Below, one piece after another: positions 22,796-24,740 of a stretch of 24,740 nt of DNA; position 1 is the stretch's first letter; each line of letters begins with the position of its first letter. A program made the translations under genes and the position numbers. The notes below the pieces were generated by a model, which saw only the letters and a list, made by a program, of their open reading frames with translations, had not been told where the DNA came from and ran no database searches. This stretch comes from a virus (Duplodnaviria > Caudoviricetes), in IMG/VR virus record IMGVR_UViG_3300020200_000168, positions 1 to 24,740 of that record; one strand, given 5' to 3'.

Positions 22796-23727
22796 ACGGG
22801 GATGGAGAACAGGCTGGTCTGAAGTTCACGTTCGCGGGCGCGGAGGGCGTGGTGCTCGGCGTCGGGGGTGGTGCCGGCGAGGGCGTCGAGCTGGTCGGAG
22901 ACTTCGCGGAGTTCGCGGTTGATGGCTTCGCGGGCTTTCTGGCTGGCGATGAGGTGGACGGCGGTGGATCCGGCGCCGTTGGGCGGGGCGGCGAGGTCGC
23001 CAAGGGCCTTGGGGTGGCGGCGTTGAAAGTCGGAGCGGAAGCGGAGCAGGAGCGTGGTGGTCCAGCGGTTGAAAGAGCGGTTGTTTTCGACCATGGAGGC
23101 ATACCAGTCGACGGCCCAGGGTTCGGGGATGAAAGGTGCGCCGACGTCGAGCAAGGCGCCCCGGGTCTCGGTGGTGTCGAGGAACTCGATCACGTCGTCG
23201 AGCGTCGGTGGGTTGGATGCGGAGGCGATGGGGGCAGTCGGGTTTGGCGGGGTTCCTGACTCCGCGCGCGCGCGCTCCCCCCTCCCTATCTCCCCTCCTT
23301 TCTCCTTACTCTGTGTCGGGTCTGTTGCTCGGTCTGGTGTCGTGTCCGCTGACGGGTCTGCTGCTTGGTTTGTTGCCGGGTGTGGTGTCTGGTAGGTGTT
23401 GTAGTTGGTGACGGTGATGAGGGTGGAGACGGTGTCGGATTTGACGCGGACCATGCCCTTGGCGGCGAGCTCGCGGAGGAAGCCGGCCGCTTTCTCGCGT
23501 CCCCACTGCCAGCGGTCGGCGAGGCTGACGATGCTCCAGGCGAGCTGGCCGCGTTCGACGACGACGGGGACGCCGCGGATGCGGAGTTCGTGGCGTTCGG
23601 TGTTGGCGAGGAGGAGGATGTCGATCCAGGCTTGGGCGCGGTTGAAGGGTTCGGCGAGCCATAGGTCGTGGGTGCTGAGCCTGCGGGTCAGCGTGAGGGT
23701 GCCTGAGAGGTGGTTCATGGGGGTCAT
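22792..23727 (-). CDS. Phage replication initiator / replisome organiser, ~311 aa
   Basis: N-domain LWLAEPFNRAQAWIDILLLAN...VERGQLAWSIVSLADRWQW...TLITVTNYNTYQ, followed by a repeat linker and PPTLDDV. Start at ATG 23727 or 23718. Confidence 0.85.
   Translation of the reverse strand: MTPMNHLSGTLTLTRRLSTHDLWLAEPFNRAQAWIDILLLANTERHELRIRGVPVVVERGQLAWSIVSLADRWQWGREKAAGFLRELAAKGMVRVKSDTVSTLITVTNYNTYQTPHPATNQAADPSADTTPDRATDPTQSKEKGGEIGRGERARAESGTPPNPTAPIASASNPPTLDDVIEFLDTTETRGALLDVGAPFIPEPWAVDWYASMVENNRSFNRWTTTLLLRFRSDFQRRHPKALGDLAAPPNGAGSTAVHLIASQKAREAINRELREVSDQLDALAGTTPDAEHHALRARERELQTSLFSIPV
23317..23388. repeat. Six tandem degenerate 12-mers; probable iteron origin of replication
   Basis: cgggtctgttgc/tcggtctggtgt/cgtgtccgctga/cgggtctgctgc/ttggtttgttgc/cgggtgtggtgt inside the initiator gene, next to a purine/pyrimidine-skewed tract (about 23275-23312). 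Confidence 0.65.
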
Positions 23728-23732
23728 GGCTG

Positions 23733-23801
23733 CTATTCCTCGGCTTGTTCTGCGCACCAGCCGCCGTTGCAGGCGAGTTCGTCAGTCATGGGGTTGTTCA
23801 T
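23733..23801 (-). CDS. Possible 22-aa peptide
   Basis: MNNPMTDELACNGGWCAEQAEE starts at an ATGA overlap and stops 5 nt before the initiator ATG. Confidence 0.3.
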   Translation of the reverse strand: MNNPMTDELACNGGWCAEQAEE

Positions 23802-23980
23802 TCGCTGCGTTTTTCTTGTTTCTGGACCCAGAGTCCGTTGCCGAATTTGATGCGCCAGCCGCGGTGGTTGGCGCCGTTGACGGCGAGGCCTTCGCCGGTC
23901 CACCTCCAGCGGACGCGGTCGCTGGGGTGATGGAGGAGCCGCACGAGGCCGCGCATCCGTAGGCGGCGCCAGGGGTTCAT
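23798..23980 (-). CDS. Small hypothetical protein, 60 aa
   Basis: ATGA overlaps on both sides. Confidence 0.55.
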   Translation of the reverse strand: MNPWRRLRMRGLVRLLHHPSDRVRWRWTGEGLAVNGANHRGWRIKFGNGLWVQKQEKRSE

Positions 23981-24111
23981 GGGGCGGGCTTGCCGCCCCA
24001 GATGAAGGTGACGCCCTGGCCGCGGGGGTCGTAGACGGTGACGGCGCAGCGCCGGACGATGACGGACCGTCGCCGCGGTTTGCGGGGCCGGGATGGGGGT
24101 CGGGGTTTCAC
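23977..24111 (-). CDS. Small basic hypothetical protein, 44 aa
   Basis: The GTG at 24111 overlaps the upstream TGA; sequence (M)KPRPPSRPRKPRRRSVIVRRCAVTVYDPRGQGVTFIWGGKPAP. Confidence 0.45.
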   Translation of the reverse strand: MKPRPPSRPRKPRRRSVIVRRCAVTVYDPRGQGVTFIWGGKPAP

Positions 24112-24737
24112 CACTTGCCTTTCTGCCGCGGTTTGCGGGTGTAGTAACGGTCGCGCGGGCCGTTGGGTTTGAGGCCGACTTTCATGCCGGGGACAAACCA
24201 TGGGCGCCAGTCGGGCTTGACGTCGAGCCAGGCGCGCCGGCCGTCGACCTGAAGCTCGATGACCATGGGGTTGGGGAAGTTGACGCGGGTGACGGTGCCG
24301 ATAATGGGCCATTCCACGAGCGGACTTGGCGTTCCGGCGGGTTTTTCGGACACGGCGGCTTCGGAGACGGTGCGCGCGCCCAAAGGGGCTGCGTCGCCGT
24401 CCCGTGGGGCGTTGAGCCATGCCTGGATTTCGTCGCCGACGCCGAGGTGGGCGGCGAGTTTTTCGGCGGCGGCGCGTGTCCAGCGGATCTTGCGGTCGAC
24501 AGGAAGCCAGTCGGTGCCTTCGGAGAAGCGAGCGCGGGCTTTTTTGAGCGCACCGAAGGGTCTGCCGAGGCGGATGGCGAGGTCGCGCTCGGCGATCGGG
24601 AAGGCGGCTTGCGGGGCGGTGTCCCCAGCGGAATGTTCCGGGCTGGGACAAGTGGTTACCTTGGCCTCAACAGCCCTGATGTGCTGGCCCTCCTTGGCCG
24701 GGGGCACCTCGCCGCAAGCGTCTTGTGTCGTGTCCAT
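24108..24737 (-). CDS. Hypothetical protein, possibly DNA-binding, 209 aa
   Basis: IAERDLAIRLG...FSEGTDW...IRWTRAAAEKLA suggests a winged helix; the C-terminal domain is beta-rich. Confidence 0.65.
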   Translation of the reverse strand: MDTTQDACGEVPPAKEGQHIRAVEAKVTTCPSPEHSAGDTAPQAAFPIAERDLAIRLGRPFGALKKARARFSEGTDWLPVDRKIRWTRAAAEKLAAHLGVGDEIQAWLNAPRDGDAAPLGARTVSEAAVSEKPAGTPSPLVEWPIIGTVTRVNFPNPMVIELQVDGRRAWLDVKPDWRPWFVPGMKVGLKPNGPRDRYYTRKPRQKGKW

Positions 24738-24740
24738 AAC

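Larger units (their letters stand above)
1..24740 (-). mobile_element. Tailed phage/prophage segment (podovirus-like virion module plus replication module)
   Basis: Co-directional, tightly overlapping gene string with capsid, scaffold, nozzle, fibre, ejection-type proteins, initiator and DnaB. No host housekeeping genes or prophage boundary are visible. Confidence 0.95.

Noticed and set aside
24-24200. Many long plus-strand ORFs (e.g. 8337-10442, 20805-22544, 13133-14497, 6987-8261)
   Set aside because: They are antisense shadows of GC-rich minus-strand genes, with no recognisable motifs.
1-24740. tRNA, rRNA, integrase, transposase or intein
   Set aside because: None recognised by eye. The DnaB insertion near its C-terminus is short and lacks intein motifs. 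tRNAscan-SE and HMM searches were not run.

Overview
A GC-rich phage or prophage segment with all genes on the minus strand, most of them coupled by ATGA/GTGA overlaps. Read right to left it contains: (1) a replication module with a lambda-O-like initiator carrying internal iterons, followed by a DnaB helicase; (2) an AT-richer accessory block at about 18.4-20.8 kb; (3) a podovirus-like virion module with scaffold, DUF5309-like major capsid protein, decoration protein, adaptor, LamG protein, two membrane proteins, nozzle, tail fibre, GNAT and three ejection-type proteins, the last of which is over 1088 aa and runs off the left edge. The main observation is an integron-type cassette array in the accessory block with no integrase in the window. 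It comprises an attI-like site, a complete attC and two broken attC halves, and the cargo genes read antisense to the cassettes. The attC bottom strand supplies a stop codon, a start codon and the N-terminus of a Mom-like (XF1762-type) gene. Two further repeat-based modular features are present: duplicated ACACGGAT hairpin elements that give leaders to a methyltransferase remnant and a Lar-like gene, and near-identical in-frame 63-bp linkers that separate unique modules in the giant ejection protein. No terminase, portal, endolysin or integrase is recognisable in the window. Family assignments come from motif recognition by eye, not from database searches.
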